A program made the translations under genes and the position numbers. A DNA stretch of 64,000 bases from Felis catus (Eukaryota): contig NC_058368.1 of the NCBI RefSeq assembly GCF_018350175.1, positions 90,150,001-90,214,000 on the forward strand, in the 5' to 3' direction. Of the stretch, positions 12,026-24,774 are shown piece after piece; position 1 is the first letter of the stretch, and every line of letters starts with the position of its first letter. Below the pieces are notes generated by a model, which saw only the letters and a program-made list of their open reading frames with translations, did no database searches and was not told the DNA's origin.

Positions 12026-12060
12026 CCACGTCTACACTGTGCTTTTCACTCGTGGGTCTG
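11968..12060 (+). terminator. Putative non-canonical polyadenylation site
   Basis: TGTA at 11968 and 11980, TATAAA at 11998-12003, then a GT/T-rich tract (ctgtgcttttcactcgtgggtct). Confidence 0.5.
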
Positions 12061-15000
12061 GCATAAACTTCTGGCAGGATGAAGGGCAGTTTCCCAGCTC
12101 GGGCCTGGGGATGCGGTGGCCATTTCCACTCTGTAGACCCCATGTTGCACTGACAGGGCCTGGTGAATGGACACCCAACAGCCCTACATGTGACCAGACA
12201 CTTCTTTTATGAGGGCTGGAGGGTGGGGGTGAGATGGGGTTGATGAACCTACCATGAGACTCCTCCCATTACCCGCGCCCCCACCCCACCCCCCCGCCCC
12301 AGACCCTCATACACTGAGTCACGTTTCTGTGCCAGGAAGCAGATGGGCCATGGAGCTGCTGAGCCCCCACCTGGCATGTGACCAGAGGTCACCCAGCCAG
12401 GAAGTCAGGGAGTATGATGTGTATCTTTCACCCAGTCAGGGTCTGCTGGGCAGAGGGGGGTGTGTGTTAGGGTTCACTGACCCACCCTGGCCAGTCTCAG
12501 GCCCTGCTCAGTCTCAGACCTGGCTGTCCTGGTGGCATGGACTTGGGTCCCATCTGAGAGGGACAGGCAGAGACAATGCCACAACATTTCCAAGGGCCTC
12601 CTCTCTGGGGAATTCTGCCCAGCAAACCCCGGATGTCAGCAAGGCCACAGAAGGCATGAGAACATTAGGGTTGGGCAGGATCTGCTCTTTGCCCAGCCCA
12701 GCACACCCCCTTTTCATCCGAGACCCCAGAGAGGGCAAGTAGTGCAGGGAACAGAGCAGGGATGGGCTTCAGCCAGCAGCCAGGCTCAGGCTGCCGCCCT
12801 GCCTCATGCCACATCCAGCCCCTGATGGGGCCTCAAGGAGCCCTGGCTAGAAGCACCTCGCTCCCTCACTCTCTCGCTCCCTGGTATCTCTTGGGCAACA
12901 TTAGACAGGACATGCAGACATCAGCAGGGACCGTCACTGCCTTCTGATCACACTGAGTCCTGTATCAGGGGCAGGAAGCAAGCATCACAGGAGTTAGTGG
13001 CCTCTGAGACACATGATGGCAGGTCCAGGGCTGGTGCCCATGAAGCTCAGGGAGGCCTGTTCAGGCTCCAGTGCCCACCCGAGAAGGTTGTGTCCTACCC
13101 CAGCCACGGGGAGACAGAACACTCTGGACCCCAGCCCTTGCCAGTCACCCAGCTCCATCTCCTGGTTCCTGAGTGACTTGGTGCAGGGACCTGTGAGGAA
13201 ACCCCAGAATGCCAAGCTTTGGGAGAGGTCTCGGGGCCCAGGGTTCCAGCTTCTTCTCCAAAGCCAGGCGCCCAAATGCCTCCCCACAGCCATGCCTCCC
13301 CATAGCCAAGGCCCAGCTCAGTCCTTGCTCTCTCCTGTTCAGAAATGGCAGCAGCCTCTCCCCTACCAGGCTGCAGGGAACATGAGGAAAGGACATTGGA
13401 GAAAGCGGAACAGCACCACAGTTGCAGCTCCAGCAGTTAGACAGGAGGTAAATCAAGCTTGTCGGTGCAGGTAGAGGGTGGGCTGACCCTTCTGCCCCCA
13501 GCTTGTGGTCCCAAGGCAAAAAACACTCCGTTTCCTGTTTTCTGTGACCTTGTGCATGCTGTTCCCCACCTTGTCAATCTAGTCAGAATGCAGCCTCTGG
13601 GGAGGGATTCCTGACATGCAGCTCTGTCTTCATGCCTGCTTCCACCAGCCCCTCAGTGGCTCAGTGCAGAGTGGGTGTTGGGAGGATGGCAGGGAGAGGC
13701 TGGGGCTCACCCCATGCTGGGCAGGTGAGAAGGAGAAAGTCCATGATCAGCCCCACAGAAAACGCAGGGCCCGGGGAGGCTCAGGCCAAGTGTGTTTGTA
13801 TCTCAGGTTCATCCAATAGGCCCTTGAACCTGCTGGGTCGAGGCCCCAGTGCAGCGAGGAGGAGGCTTTCTCTGAGAGACCTGCCTGGCAGCCCCCAAGG
13901 TGAGGATTGTGGTAGCCCTTCTCCAGGTGCAACCTCAGAACCCCAAGAGGGATGGCGCCTTGCTTACAGACTCCCAGATGGTTCTTTTGCCGCCTCCAGG
14001 ACTCATGGCCCTTCCCCATAGAGACCCTTTCTGTCCTCCTGCCGACCTGGCCTCAGTCCTTACAGTTGGGTTAGATGGCCCACAGGGGCTCTGAAGGGCG
14101 GGGCCTCCACCTGTGAATCGAGGGTCAGCATCATAGGTGGCACCCAAGACTGATGGCCGTGAGGCTTGGCGCAGTGCCAGGTGGGTGACACAGGCCCCCA
14201 ACACACAGCCCAGGGTTTGAAGCTGCCCAGCTCATCCACAAGGCAGGCATCTGGGCCTTGGGGCAGCCAACAGCCCCATGGTGCCCAGGAGGCCAAGGAG
14301 AGGGTACAGCCATGGTCTCTTTCTAATGCTTTTTCCCAGAGCCCTCCAGAGAGGGCAAAGTGGGGGAGGACAAGAAGATATCCCTGACTGGGGTTTGCTT
14401 CAGAGGCCCCTGGGCCTGGCTGAGATTCAGAATCAATCACAGGGGATCCATGGGAGAGCTGAAAACCCTGACCCCACATCGCTGTATCACTGAAGATGCA
14501 TCCCACTATCCCCAACCCCCCACACTTCCTGAGGTGAGGGCGTCTCCATCATGACCAGCAACTTATTCCAGTAACTTAGCCACATACAGGCTTCTGCAGA
14601 AGCCTAGCTATCCCACCCAGCAGCCCTCCAGGGCAGGACCCCAAGATATGACCCCAGAGTGGTTCTCAAAGGCGTGGCCAAAGCTGTCCCAGAGGAACCC
14701 ACAGAAAACCCCCTGTTCCCTTCCTGGGCTACCAGCACGGCCCCTGGTCCTTTGAACTTCTCAAGCAGCCAACAGACCTCAGACCATTGCACCCCCCACC
14801 CCGGGCCTCCCCACACACTGCAGGGCTCACGTGAGGTTCTTAAAGAATGGGTACCCCCAAGCAATGCCCCAGTCTCTAACTCTCAGTGCTGGCACACCCA
14901 CTGATGGGCCAAGGGAGCAAGAAGCCAAGTAACTCAGTCAAGAACCACAGCCAGGGAGTGCCTCAGTTGGAAGCTTCATTTCACCCAGAAACTCAAATGC

Positions 15001-15990
15001 TTCTGTCAAAGTGCCAAGCCCCAAGCCTGGCTCTTTACATACAGCCTAACAAACCCCCCAGGTGGGTGCTTTCACCATCCCATTTGTCAAGTGACAGAGA
15101 CTCTGCCCAAGGACAATCGGCTCACAGGGATGAGGCCTGGGCTTACCGGAGTCCATCAGCCTCCAGAGCTCAGCTCCCGAGGGGGCGGAGGAGCTCCAAC
15201 TAGCAGCCTAGGCTTGCTGCAAGCACAGACACAGTGACAAACGTCTTTCTTCCACTCCTGCCTCTTCCTTTTATGGACAGTATAGGCCCCCTGGTGCCCT
15301 TGGGGTTTCAGGAGTGACCTGGAGTATCTCATACATGTGCAAGGCAAAACCTCCCGCTGCCTCCACCTACCTTACTGCGCACACCCCTCCATGGGCCCTG
15401 TACTGGGCAAAGTCACGCATAATGCCTAGCAATAGAAGACTTCAGACCTCCTTCCCCATTATGCGGCCCGTTGTCACCAATATGCATGCTGTGAGGCTCA
15501 CATCCTGCGGCATAGCATCTTCAGTGAAAATGACCCCATTTTCACTCCCCAGGACCCAGGTGGGAGCCCTGGGGCTCTGGGCCAGGAGACAGATGCTTCA
15601 GGAAGACCCTGACACATGCACAAAATACCTCTCAGCCAAAACTGTGCCCTTGCCCATGGCTGAGCAGGGCGCCTAACAACATCTTCCTTTGGCATCCAAC
15701 CCTGGGCCTGCAGGCAAGACCAGAGAGGTGGGAAGATTAACTGGAAATGAACAGACCTGAGGCATGAGCCAGAACCCTCACTATTGACCAATGGGACCAC
15801 TAAGAGAACAGTTCAGCAAAGAGTGGGGAGCAGAAATCCAGCACATCAGGGGTGGAGAGCAATGGCAGGAAAAGCCAGCAGAGGCCAGACAGTGAAAGAC
15901 CCCTACAAGGCAGACCAGGAGATTGAAGTTTATACTGCAGGCTCTGGGAGCAAGGGAGCGGGGTGGGCATTGAAGAATTTAAGGGAGCCA

Positions 15991-16677
15991 TGTCATGGTC
16001 AATTTGATATGTCAACTTGACTAGGCCATGAGGTGCCCAGGTATCTGGTCAAACATTATTCTGGGTGTGTACCTGAGGGTGTTTCTGGATGAGATTCACA
16101 TTGGAATCCGTAGACCGAGTAATATAGATTGCCCTCCCCAATGTGGGTGGGCCTCATCCAGTCAGCTGGAGGCCAGAAGAAAACAAAAGATGGAGGAGGG
16201 GAAAATTTGCTCTTTGCCTGTCTTCTGCATTTGGATTGGAATTTACATCATTGGCTCTCCTGGGTGTCCAGCTTGCACACAGCAGATCTTGGGGCTTCTC
16301 AGCCTCCAAAACTATGCGAGCTAATTCTTTTCTTTAAATGTTTATGTATTTATATATAGAGAGAGCGCACACACATAAGTGCACACAAGAGCAGGAAAGG
16401 GGCAGAGAGAGGGAGAGAGAGAATCCCAAGCAGGCTCCGTGCCTGGGCGCAGGGCTCGATCCTACAAACCATGAGATCATGACCTGAAATAAAATCAAGA
16501 GTCAGATGCCCAACCAACTGAGGCACCCAGACTCCCCGTGTGAGCTAATTCTTTATAATAAATCTACCTGTCCATCTATTTGTCATTTATCATCTATCTT
16601 TCTATATATCATCTATCTATCTATCTATCTATCTACCTATCTCTCCTTTGATTTTTCTGGATACCCCAACTACTACA
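15991..16677 (+). mobile_element. ERVL solo LTR (MLT2-type)
   Basis: TGTCATGGTCAATTTGATATGTCAACTTGACTAGGCC...ctggtcaaacattattctgggtgtg; TG...CA ends; internal (TCTA)n. Confidence 0.85.
16330..16537 (-). mobile_element. Can-SINE inside MLT2
   Basis: TSD gagctaattcttt. Confidence 0.85.
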
Positions 16678-17052
16678 AGGTGGAACTTGGTCAGTTTTAG
16701 AAAGATCTCTTAGAAAGATACCTTTTAACTCAGTAATTCTACTTCTGTAACTAATCTTAAGGAAAAAATCCAAGATTAGCACAGTATTTGCATAACAGAA
16801 AAGTAACAAATGGTTATATTATTCCTGTTCCTAGGGCAGAGAGCAGGTGGATTGAGCTCCCCATCCCAGCCCATCCCAGCGCCTGGAGAGTCCCTACCTG
16901 TTGATAAGCCACACCTGAACCTTTTCTTGGAGTCCAAGGGGGAGACTGGCACATTCACCTGGCCTCAGCGTGCACATCTGATGAGCTAACAGTGGAGGGC
17001 TAAGTGCCACAATAAGTTTAGTGCAGCCTAGCAATACAGAAAGCTGTTCTCT

Positions 17053-17264
17053 TTTTTTAAATATTTATTTACTTATTTTTGAGAGAGAGAGAGAGAGTGG
17101 GTGCATGCAGGGGTGGGGGGGAGAGGAAGAGGGAGAATTGCAAGCAGGCCCCACGCCTTCAGCACCATGGCCAACGTGGGGCTCAAACTCACGAACCATG
17201 AGATGGTGACCTGAGCCAAAATCAAGAGTCAGAAGCTTAACCAACTGAACCACCCAGATGCCCC
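17053..17264 (-). mobile_element. Can-SINE
   Basis: TSD-like cagaaagct on both sides. Confidence 0.88.
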
Positions 17265-17714
17265 ATGCAGAAAGCTTTTCAATCAATTTATTTACTCCTA
17301 TTGCTTTGTGGACAGTTACACCCTATTTATTTCAATAATGATTTTCCTATTTGGATGAGAACATAAATAAAATACAGCCATGTAGAGCCAAGTTTGGTTT
17401 AAATTAAGATCTCTTAACGCTAACCTACATAACCTCTCTGTGTAGGGTCTGTCTTTAGAGTTAATCGTTGGATCTCACACACCACAGTGCTTAGCAGGAT
17501 GGCCTGCTAGGACATGATGCAGGTAAGAGAAGAAGGTGGGCTGAGCTGGGTGTAGGTGGCAAAAGGTGGCCAAATTTGGGACATATTTTGAAGGTAAAGC
17601 CAACAGGATTTGCTGACGATGTGCAGGTCAAATGTGAGAGCCAGGGAGAGGTTAAAGCCGACTCAAGGGTTTTTTGGTCTCCTCTCTCTGGAGAATGGCG
17701 GGGGTGGGGTGGGA

Positions 17715-18007
17715 GGGTACTGAAAATTCTAAGCTTCTAATCAGGGTTTGGTCTTTCTGGTGACCAACCTTCAGCCAGGAGCCATCCAGACTCACCTAAA
17801 TGGAACAAAAGATGCTCCTAGAGATCTAATCACTTAGGAATTTACAAGGGTTTTAGAAGCTCTATGTCAGGGATGGGGTCAAAGGCCATATATCAAAACA
17901 AGACATATTCCTAGTATTCTTACCACTGAGGAAATTACAAGTGTTTCAGGAGCTCTGTGCCAGGAACCAGAAGCAGAGACCAATATACATTTTCTGTCAT
18001 CTCACAC
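17715..18007 (-). mobile_element. ERV LTR fragment (MER21-like)
   Basis: ggagctctgtgccaggaaccag...gaccaa motif; similar to the copy at 32165-32963. Confidence 0.7.
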
Positions 18008-18009
18008 TC

Positions 18010-18390
18010 ATTCATGTGACTAGCACACTGGTTGGGGGGATGACAGTAAGGCTGAGCTCAGCTGAGACTATCAACAGCACCTATGGTTGTCCTCTATGTA
18101 TGATTAGCTCAAGACTGCTGAGAGCATGTCAGTCTCAAGGTAATCAGGCTGGATTGCTCCACAGTGAGGGTTCCAATAGGATAGGTAGAAAGTGCCTGAT
18201 TTCTTATGACCTAGCCTCATAAGTCCCAGAATATTACTTCCACTGCATTCTGTTGCTCAGGTGGGTTCTAAACCCAACCAACGTGCAAGAAAGGAAGAGG
18301 AACAGATTTTACTTCTTAATGGAGATACCTTAGTGTTCAGGGTAGGAAATAATTAATGATGGACATCGTGGAGACAAATTACCACAAATA
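18010..18390 (-). mobile_element. Old MaLR LTR fragment
   Basis: tatgacctagcctcataagtcccag...acttccactgcattctgttg. Confidence 0.6.
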
Positions 18391-18803
18391 GAAATATCCA
18401 AATTGAAGTAGAGATTTTTTTAATAAAATAAAATACAGAAGAGAGTGTAAGAGACATGTGGAACACAAGAATGAAAGTAAACCATGAGAATTGGAGTCTT
18501 ATAAAGTGAGGAGAAACAAATGGAGCAGAAGCAATATTTAAAGAGGTAATTCTTAGAATTTTCCAAAATTAATTAAAGACATCAAAACACAGATTAAAGT
18601 AATGCTGCAAACCCCAACAAGATAAACACAAAGAAAACCACACTTAAGCGCATTATAGTAAGAGTGGTCAAATCAAAGAGGGAAATGTAGAAATCTTAAA
18701 AACACCCAAAGAAATAGAATATATTACCTTTAAAGAAACAAAAATAAGATTGATGACTGACTTCTCAACAGAAATGATTCAACATCTTTAAAACATTGAA
18801 ACA

Positions 18804-19022
18804 GGGGCACCTGGGTGGCTCAGTCAGTTAAGTGGCCTACTCTTGATTTTGGCTCAGGTCATTATCTTGCAGTTGGTGAGTTCGAGCCCCAAGCTGGGCT
18901 CTGTACTGGCAGTGTGGAGAATGCTTGGGGTTCTCTCTCTCTCTCCCTCTCTCTCTCTGCTCCTTCCCCCACCCCTTCTCTCTCTCAAAATAAATAAATG
19001 AACTTTTAAAGAAATAAAAAAT
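18804..19022 (+). mobile_element. Can-SINE
   Basis: TSD taaaacattgaaaca. Confidence 0.9.
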
Positions 19023-19919
19023 AAAACATTGAAACAAAACAATTACCAACCTAGAATTTTATAGTCAAATAAAATGTCCTTCAAAAATGGAGCAAAATAT
19101 AGACTCTTAAAACATACAAAAACTGAAAGAATTTATTGTCAGCAAACATATCATAAAAGCTAAAACTTAAAAAAAGTTCTTAAAACAGAAAAAAGGTGAT
19201 CCCAGAGAGAATTACAGAATTGGAGAAAGGAATAAAAAGCACAAAAAGGGTAAGTATATGGGTTAAAGTTAATGTATATTGACTGAGTAGTGACTATACA
19301 AACAATAATGGCAATGTCATGTGGTGTCTAAAAATACATGTAGAAATAAAACACATACCAATGTTATTGCAAAATCCAGGAAGAGTCTATTGAATTGAAA
19401 TGTTTTAAGCATCTAGCATCAACAGAGAAATGGTAAAAAGTAATATTTTGTGTTAGAAAATTGTAAAAACTACAAATTGCTTGCATTTGTAATAAGAATG
19501 CTTACTGTGGTTTCTAGGTTAACTACTAAAAGAACAATAAAAGAAGTAGAGCTAACTATAAAATGAAATAATCAGAAAGATTTAATTAATCCAAAAGAAG
19601 TAAATAGAGAAGAGAACAAGAAACAAAACAAGTCAGTCAAAGAGAAAAATTAATAAGGTGGTAGATATCAATACAAGTATACATTAAATATGAATGAACT
19701 AAATATTCCAAGTAAAAGATCACAACTGTCAAATTTGATTTTTAAAAATCAAATGCTTAAAAGAAATAAACCTTAATATAAGGACCCCAAAAGGTTGGAA
19801 TTAAAATGGTGGACAAAGATAAATTAGGCAAATATTCACCAAAAGAAATTTAGTCTAGCTATACTAAGGAGAATTTAAGGCAAGAAGCACTAATAAAGGT
19901 AAAAAGAGACATTATATAA

Positions 19920-20255
19920 TGTCTAAATCCACTGAGGCTGCTATAACAAAATATCACTAACTGGGTAGATTACAAACATCAGAAATTTATGCTTGGGAAG
20001 TCCAAGATCAAGCACCAGCATGATTACCTTCTGGTGAAAGCCCTCTTCTGGGTTCATAGCTGGTGCCTTCTCGTTGTATCCCCACGTGGTGGAAGGGGCA
20101 AGGAATCCCTTTGGAGTCTCTTTTGTAAGACGTTAATCCTATTTATGAGGATTCCACCCTCATGACCTAAGCACCATTCAAAGGCCCCACCTCATTTTGG
20201 GGGGTTAGGATTTCAACATATGAATTTTGAGGGGACACAAATATTAAAACCATAG
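19920..20255 (-). mobile_element. MaLR LTR (MLT1A-like)
   Basis: ggctgctataacaaaata...ttaggatttcaacatatgaattttgaggggacaca. Confidence 0.8.
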
Positions 20256-20787
20256 AGATATAATGATAAAGAACTCAATTCAATAGCAAAATATCATAAT
20301 TCAAAATATCTATGAACCCAATAACATAGCTTCAAAACATATTAAGGGCAAACTTGAGAGAACCAGAAAGAGAAATAATAGAAGTCATAGAGGAATATTT
20401 TAACATACCTCTGTCAATAGTTGATAAACACATATGTAAGCTTTCAAGAAACTAAGAGAAATCCCCCTTGTCCAACCCTTAGGGGAGTGCCTTTTTAGAT
20501 TTTGCTCCTAAGGTGATTCACCCCCTTATTACTTATTCCAATAAAGCATTCCTAGAAATAGAAAAGAATAAAACAAAACATTCCAATGGAAAAATGGCCA
20601 AAGAATGAATAAACAATTCATACACAAAAAAGGAGAACAGAGGGGTCCTTAAATATATGAAACAATGCACATTCTCATGCATGATAAGAGAATGGCTAAA
20701 GTCACACCAACATAAGATTTTTCACCCATAATATTGGCAACATGCTCTTGACCAACTTGTCAAGTCTGTGGGGGAAACAGGCACTTA

Positions 20788-21190
20788 CATTAGTCTTCTC
20801 AAGCTGCCATAACAAAAAAACATAGACAGAGTTGTTTAAACGGTAGAATTTGTTTTCTCACAGTTCTGGAGGCTGGGGAATCCAAAACCAAGATGCCAGT
20901 TGGTTTGGTTTCTGGTAAAATTCTATTATTAGCTTGCAGGCAGACACCTGCCATCTTGCTGTGTGTTCATAAGATCTCTTTTTTGCACACATGTGGAAAA
21001 ATAGTGAGAAAGCAAGCTCTCTGGTGTCTCTTCTTATAAGGGCACTAATACCATCAGACTAGGGCCCACCCTCATGACCTTATCTAACCCTGATTACCTC
21101 CCAGAGCTCCATCTCCAAATACCATCACATTGGGGTTTGGGGCTTCAATATATGAATGAGGGGCTGTCATAAACATTCAGTATATTACAG
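20788..21190 (-). mobile_element. MaLR LTR (MLT1-type)
   Basis: ctcacagttctggaggctgggg...ccatctccaaataccatcacattgggg. Confidence 0.8.
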
Positions 21191-21296
21191 CACCCCATTA
21201 AGGGCAATTTGGTAATGTCTGCCTAATTTACATTGTATTTACCCTTTGAACCAGGTATCCCACTGCTTATTATATAGCAATTGTCACAGGCTTCGT

Positions 21297-21646
21297 TGTA
21301 CCTACCCTCCAAATTCACATGCTGAATTCCTAACCTCAGGTAACTCAGAATGTGACTATATTTGGAGATAGGGCCCTTAAAGAACCAATTAAGATAAAAT
21401 GAGGTCATCTGGGTTGAATCTAATTCATTATAACACAAGACATAGACACACACAAGGGGAGGACCACATGAAAACACATGGAAAAGACCATATACAAGCC
21501 AAAGAGAGACCTCAGTATGAAATCAATCCTGCAGATACCTTAATTTTGGACTTCTAGACTCCAGAATTATAAAAACAATACATTTCTGTTGTATAAGTCC
21601 CTCAGTGTGTGGTATTTATTATGGCAAGCCCTAGCAAACTAAGACA
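21297..21646 (+). mobile_element. MaLR LTR (MLT1-type)
   Basis: ctcagaatgtgactatatttggagatagggcc...gccctagcaaactaagaca. Confidence 0.8.
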
Positions 21647-21863
21647 GCAGCACACATACAAAATTCCAGGTATACTACTTGACTCATTGAAGCATTGTTT
21701 GTGATAGAAAAAGACTGACAATACTCCAAGTGCTCATCCAGAGGGTACTGATTAATTTAACTATGATCCATCTGTGTGGTAGAATACTATGAAGCTGTGT
21801 AAAAGGCTGAAGAAACAGTGTACTAAACATGATATAATACTAAATTTAAGAAAACAAACTGCA

Positions 21864-22115
21864 GGGGCGCCTGGGTGGATCAGTCAGTTAAGCGTCCGAC
21901 TTCATCTCAGGTCATGATCTCGAAGACTCAAGACTTCATCTCGAGGTCTATGGAGTCTGAGCCCCATGTTGGGCTCTGTGCTGACAGCTCGGAGTCTGGA
22001 GCCTGCTTTGGATTCTTTGTCTCCCTCTCTCTGCCCTCCCCCACTCATGTTCTGTTTCTCTCTTTGTCTTTCAAAAATGAATAAACATTTAAAATTTTTA
22101 AAAAAGAAAAGAAAA
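21864..22115 (+). mobile_element. Can-SINE with internal duplication
   Basis: gacttcatctc occurs twice in the head region. Confidence 0.85.
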
Positions 22116-22230
22116 GAAAGCAAACTACAGAATACAGTACATAGCATATTTCCATTTACCCAGGCTAAAAAAGAGGACAGGGAATAAGCCATATGTGCAC
22201 TTATTTGTATTTGCATAAATTATGAAAGCA

Positions 22231-22445
22231 GGGGCATCTGAGTGGCTCAGTCGGTTAAACATTTGACTCTTGATTTCAGCTCAGGTCAGGATCTCACAGT
22301 TCATGTGTTCGAGCCCCACATTAGGCTCCATGCTGGCAGCAAGGAGCCTGCTTGGGACTCTGTCTCCCTCTCTCTGCTCTTCCCCTGCTCATGCTCTCTC
22401 TCTCTCTCAAAATAAATAAATAAGCATTTTTTAATTTAAAAAAAG
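22231..22445 (+). mobile_element. Can-SINE
   Basis: Head, CT tract and tail. Confidence 0.88.
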
Positions 22446-22524
22446 AAGTATAAAAGAACTTTACCCAAAAACCAATAAAAGTGCTTACCTGTTTTACGGG
22501 AAGGATAGATTCCTCTCTGAAGCA

Positions 22525-22624
22525 TGTGAATACATCCATTGTGAATGCAATGTGAGTGTCTCACATGTGAGCATATCCCATGGGAATGTATCCTGTGTGG
22601 CTGTATCCCACATGAATGTACTAC
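22525..22624. repeat. Degenerate ~15-bp minisatellite (TGTGAATGTATCCCA)
   Basis: About 7 diverged units. Confidence 0.6.
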
Positions 22625-22920
22625 TCTGACAGTAATTAGTGCTGTTCACTCAAATTTCTGGATCTCCTATTCCTAAGCCCACTGTCAGATTGCACTTCTG
22701 CATCCCCAGAAATTAGGTGCAGGCCTGTGACTTGTTTTAGTCAATAAAATATGAGCAGAGGTGACAGACGCCATGTTCTTCCTCTTCCCCCCCCAGAGAT
22801 TAGCAGTGTTCAAGCAATGGAAACTCTGTCAGCCAGGGTTCTTGAGTAAGAGCTACATGGAGCGAAGCTGCCAACAATTCAGGATGAACGTGGAGCACCA
22901 GAAAGGTGTGAAAGTCAATG

Positions 22921-23125
22921 GGGGGCGCCTGGGTGGCTCAGTCGGTTAAGCGTCTGACTCTTGAATTCAGCTCAGGTCAACAATCTCAGCAATCTGTGAG
23001 TTTGAGCCCCATGTCAGGTTCTGCACTGACAGCTCAGAGGCTGCTTGGGATTCTCTCTCTCTCTCTCTCCCTCTCTCTCTTTCTCTCTCAAAAATAAACA
23101 TTTTTTAAAAAATTAAAAAAATAAT
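22921..23125 (+). mobile_element. Can-SINE
   Basis: TSD aaagtcaatggg. Confidence 0.88.
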
Positions 23126-23372
23126 AAAGTCAATGGGATTTTGGCAGTGTTACTACAACACAACCTAGCCTGTCCTGACTGATATAGTTACCTATACAAA
23201 AAATAAAATAAATTTTGAAATAAAAATAAAAACACATGCATTCATCTTAATCTAGTCAAGAGAGAGAAACCACTGAGTAATTTGTACAAGAAAAGTTTGA
23301 CACACCAAGTTATTACCCACAACATGGGATTGGAGTATCAAAGGCTTGCCTGGTAAGAAGTAGAGAGACCTT

Positions 23373-23590
23373 GGGGTATCTTGTTGGCTTAGTTAAGCAT
23401 CTGACTAACTAGGTCACGCTCTCACCATTCCAAGTTGAGTCCTATGCTGTGCTCTGTGCTGACAGCTCAGAGCCTGGAGCCTGTTTCGGATTCTGTGTCT
23501 CCCTCTCTCTCTGCCCCTCCCCAGCTCACACTCTGTCTCTCTCTCAAAAATAAATAAACACACAAAAATTTTTTTAATTTTTAATCAAAA
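23373..23590 (+). mobile_element. Can-SINE with degraded head
   Basis: Core gctcagagcctggagcctgtttcggattc and tail. Confidence 0.85.
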
Positions 23591-23881
23591 AAAGAGAATA
23601 CTCTAAACAATATCAGAATATTATAAAGAACTTCATGCTTAAAAAAATGACATGACAAAACTTAGTTTCCCAGAAAAATAGAAGATAACAATATGAACAA
23701 GAATAGAAAAATCTGAATAGGCCAGTAACCCTAAAGTATTGAAGCAGTTCTGTATTCTGCTTTATTAATAAAAAGGCATTTCCTCATAGACTACATCTGC
23801 CAGGACTCTTTGGGTTGTGAATAATAGGAATCCAACACAAACTGGCCCCAGCAAAATTTCAGAGTCCTTTGCTCACATACT

Positions 23882-24122
23882 ATAGAGAACAAACCAATGG
23901 TTACCACAGGGGAGGGGTTGGGGATGGGGGGGGTGGGAAGTGGGTGAAACAGGTGATGGGGATTAAGGAGTGTACTTGTTGTGATGAGCACCTGGTGATG
24001 TAGGAAATTGTGGAACCACTGTACTGTACACCTGAAACTAATGTAACCCTATGTTAACTATATTGGAATAAAAAAATAAAATAAAATAAAATAAAATAAA
24101 ATAAAATAAAATAAAATAAAAT
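23882..24122 (+). mobile_element. 5'-truncated carnivore L1 3' end with (TAAAA)n tail
   Basis: agagaacaaaccaatggttacc...tgtacacctgaaactaatgtaac. Confidence 0.8.
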
Positions 24123-24476
24123 ACAGGAAAATGCAGCTCAACTGTGGCTTGAGGACTGCCTGCACTGCAATGCTATGGGAGCTTGACCTTTCTTCTTTGT
24201 CTGGTTCCTCTCTCAGGCAGGTTTACCCCATGTAGGTGGACATCATAGCCCCTCCTCTCCACTGTGGCTCAAGGCTGACCCACCAGGAGCTTGGCAATCC
24301 CCCTTTCCAGAATTCCAGCAAGGATCTTGGAACACCCCCTTGTGGACCGACCTGCAGCACATGCCTACCTGGGGCCCTTTGCTGGCCTATAAGCAAGGTT
24401 GCATCATGACTTTTGCAGACCCCAGGCACTTCTGCTTTTGTGGGTCCCTTCTTCTATAAAATATACCTTTTTCCTT

Positions 24477-24511
24477 TTTTTAATATATACATTTTAAAGT
24501 TTATTTATTTT

Positions 24512-24553
<42 letters not shown>

Positions 24554-24708
24554 GGAGGGGCAGAGAGAGGGAGAGAAAGAGTCCCAAGCAGGCTCTGAGC
24601 TGTCAGCGCAGAGCCTGATGTGGAACTCGATCTCACAAACCATGAGATCATGACCTGAGGAGAGATGAAGAGTCACATGCTTAACCAACTGAGCCACCCA
24701 GGTTCCCC
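24477..24708 (-). mobile_element. Can-SINE
   Basis: Long (GA)n tract, head on minus strand. Confidence 0.88.
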
Positions 24709-24774
24709 TCTATAAATCTATTTTATGACTGCTTTAGTATAAAGACAAATATAATCTTGGGCCCCTACATTTTA

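Larger units (their letters stand above)
18390..20430 (+). mobile_element. Degraded L1M ORF1 to ORF2 5' region
   Basis: A-rich L1 signatures (gaattttccaaaatt, gacttctcaacagaaa, caacctagaatttta). Confidence 0.7.

Noticed and set aside
11328..15800. Many 60-208 aa ORFs downstream of RASGEF1C
   Set aside because: They overlap on both strands in GC-rich DNA and show no domain similarity or exon structure that I can recognise.
16825..17030. GC-richer block within AT-rich sequence, considered as an RNA-gene pseudogene
   Set aside because: No match that I can recognise to 7SK, 7SL, U-snRNA or tRNA; left uncalled pending a Dfam/Rfam search.
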